A stretch of DNA of 64,000 nt from Acidobacteriota bacterium (GTDB lineage: Bacteria; Acidobacteriota; UBA6911; RPQK01; JAJDTT01), in contig CBDCJH010000002.1 in the NCBI GenBank assembly GCA_965217775.1, forward strand, positions 4,768,001 through 4,832,000, in the 5' to 3' direction. This document shows, in pieces, positions 62,776 to 64,000 of this stretch. The position numbers were made by a program, and so were the translations under genes. The notes below the pieces were generated by a model. It saw only the letters and a list, made by a program, of their open reading frames with translations, was not told where the DNA came from and ran no database searches. The stretch's first letter is position 1. The number at the start of each line of letters is the position of its first letter.

Positions 62776-62829
62776 TTTGATCCTCCCTCGTAACGACGGC
62801 TGCCAGGAAATGCGATTTTTTCGCCCGGA

Positions 62830-63333
62830 TTGGCTCACCGAGGCGGTTCAGACGGGGACCACCCGTACGGTTGGAGTATTGTCACCGGCTTCGAGAACGA
62901 CACCGTCGAGGGAAAGGTGTCGGACCGTCTCCACACCAAACGGCAGTCGATCCGCGACGCGCTCGAGGACGACGCGGTCTTCAACCTGGTCGGTGAGGTG
63001 TTGCCAGCCCAGCGGGGCGAGACGGTCCTTCGGGACTACTACGCTGGAAAGCTGGGAGACGCCGACCTGGAAGAGAGGCTCCACCGGAACGCGGACGAAG
63101 GCCGGTTCCGGAAAAACTGCCAGACCGCGCTGGCGAGACTCGCGTCCAAGAAGCTGAATCCGGACATGCTGGTCAAGAGACGGGCAAGGGCGCAGGAGCG
63201 GCGGATAGTGCCGAAAACCACCGCACGCTTCCTGAAGGATACCGCGGCGCAGGCGGACTTCTCGCTGAAGCCGGTGCGTCGGCTGCCGCACACCTTTCAG
63301 CCAGGAAAAACCCCGCGCGTGGTGATGGACTAA
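62830..63333 (+). pseudogene. internal fragment of a SNF2-like helicase (DUF3883-associated type)
   Basis: EGKV..RLH.K..SIRDAL...VFNLVGEV resembles the post-HelicC region; no helicase motifs and no proper N-terminus. Confidence 0.55.
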
Positions 63334-63642
63334 GAGCTCAGGCCCGATTGGCGGCTCGCGGGAGTTTCCCTAGAATCGTGAGAGGGACTCGACGCTGATC
63401 GTCACGCGTGGGAGCAATTAGTCTGCGGCGTACGCGAGAACGGGACTGTCCCCGTCTCGGTCCCCGCTCTGCGAACGGTTGGAGGCCCGTATTGCTACCG
63501 TAGAAGGCAGCCGCCAGGAGGCATGAGGCATGAAATACTTGCCCCGCGAGGGCACGGAGGGGAGACGTCCCAACCAGGCGCTATACTACGAAGATACTCC
63601 TCACGTCCTGCCCAGCCGGGATGGTGTCCCGAGGATAAGGCC

Positions 63643-64000
63643 ATGACCCGCGTCCCAGTGCCCCCCAAGATGCTTCGCTGGACCTGCGAACGTGCCGGCT
63701 ACGATGTAGTGGACCTCGCGGAGCGCATACCACAGCTCCGGGCCTGGGTGCGACGCGAGAAACAGCCGACGATAAAACAGTTGGAGAAGCTGGCCAGACT
63801 TACGCATACGCCGCTCGGCTACCTGTTCCTCCTCGAGCCCCCGGACGAACGTCTTCCGGTTCCTGACTATCGCACCGTGGCGAGCGCTACGCGAGGCAGG
63901 CCGAGCCCCAACTTGCTCGACACGCTCTACATGATGCAACGCCGACAGGATTGGCTGCGGGAGTCCCTCGTCGAGCACGACAGAGAACCATTAGCCTTCG
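63643..64000 (+). CDS. XRE-HTH / ImmA-IrrE metallopeptidase fusion (partial)
   Basis: Manually translated: MTRVPVPPKMLRWTCERAG...QPTIKQLEKLA..THTPLGYLFL.EPP...PDYRT...QRRQDWLRE. Confidence 0.8.
   Translation, partial: MTRVPVPPKMLRWTCERAGYDVVDLAERIPQLRAWVRREKQPTIKQLEKLARLTHTPLGYLFLLEPPDERLPVPDYRTVASATRGRPSPNLLDTLYMMQRRQDWLRESLVEHDREPLAF

Overview
GC-rich bacterial chromosomal window. Gene content (PVC-type CxxCH protein, many Tat-signal Gfo/Idh/MocA and TIM-barrel enzymes, Acidobacteria-like rho and hypothetical proteins) suggests Acidobacteriota, which is an inference. Housekeeping core: guaB, aroF plus chorismate mutase, trpEGDCFBA, rho, lon-clpX-clpP-tig, comM, hemE, sucCD-ndk, der, ihf-merR, and tRNA-Lys/Val/Pro. 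Exported sugar-redox genes are interleaved, and a decayed mobile-island edge occupies about 60.3-64 kb. Most notable: (1) two unannotated, apparently related aromatic-rich leader-peptide attenuators, MAIFSFFRYGWRV before trpE and MVSLRAFYYFFRNG before chorismate mutase-aroF, each with a sigma70-like promoter and an intrinsic terminator; (2) a single-chain EutB-EutC ethanolamine ammonia-lyase with a Tat-like signal; (3) at least three MITE families, with ends of one family repeatedly fused to -10 boxes; (4) an ApbE-DoxX-Tat oxidoreductase module; (5) a rho gene whose conserved N-terminus has no in-frame start codon.
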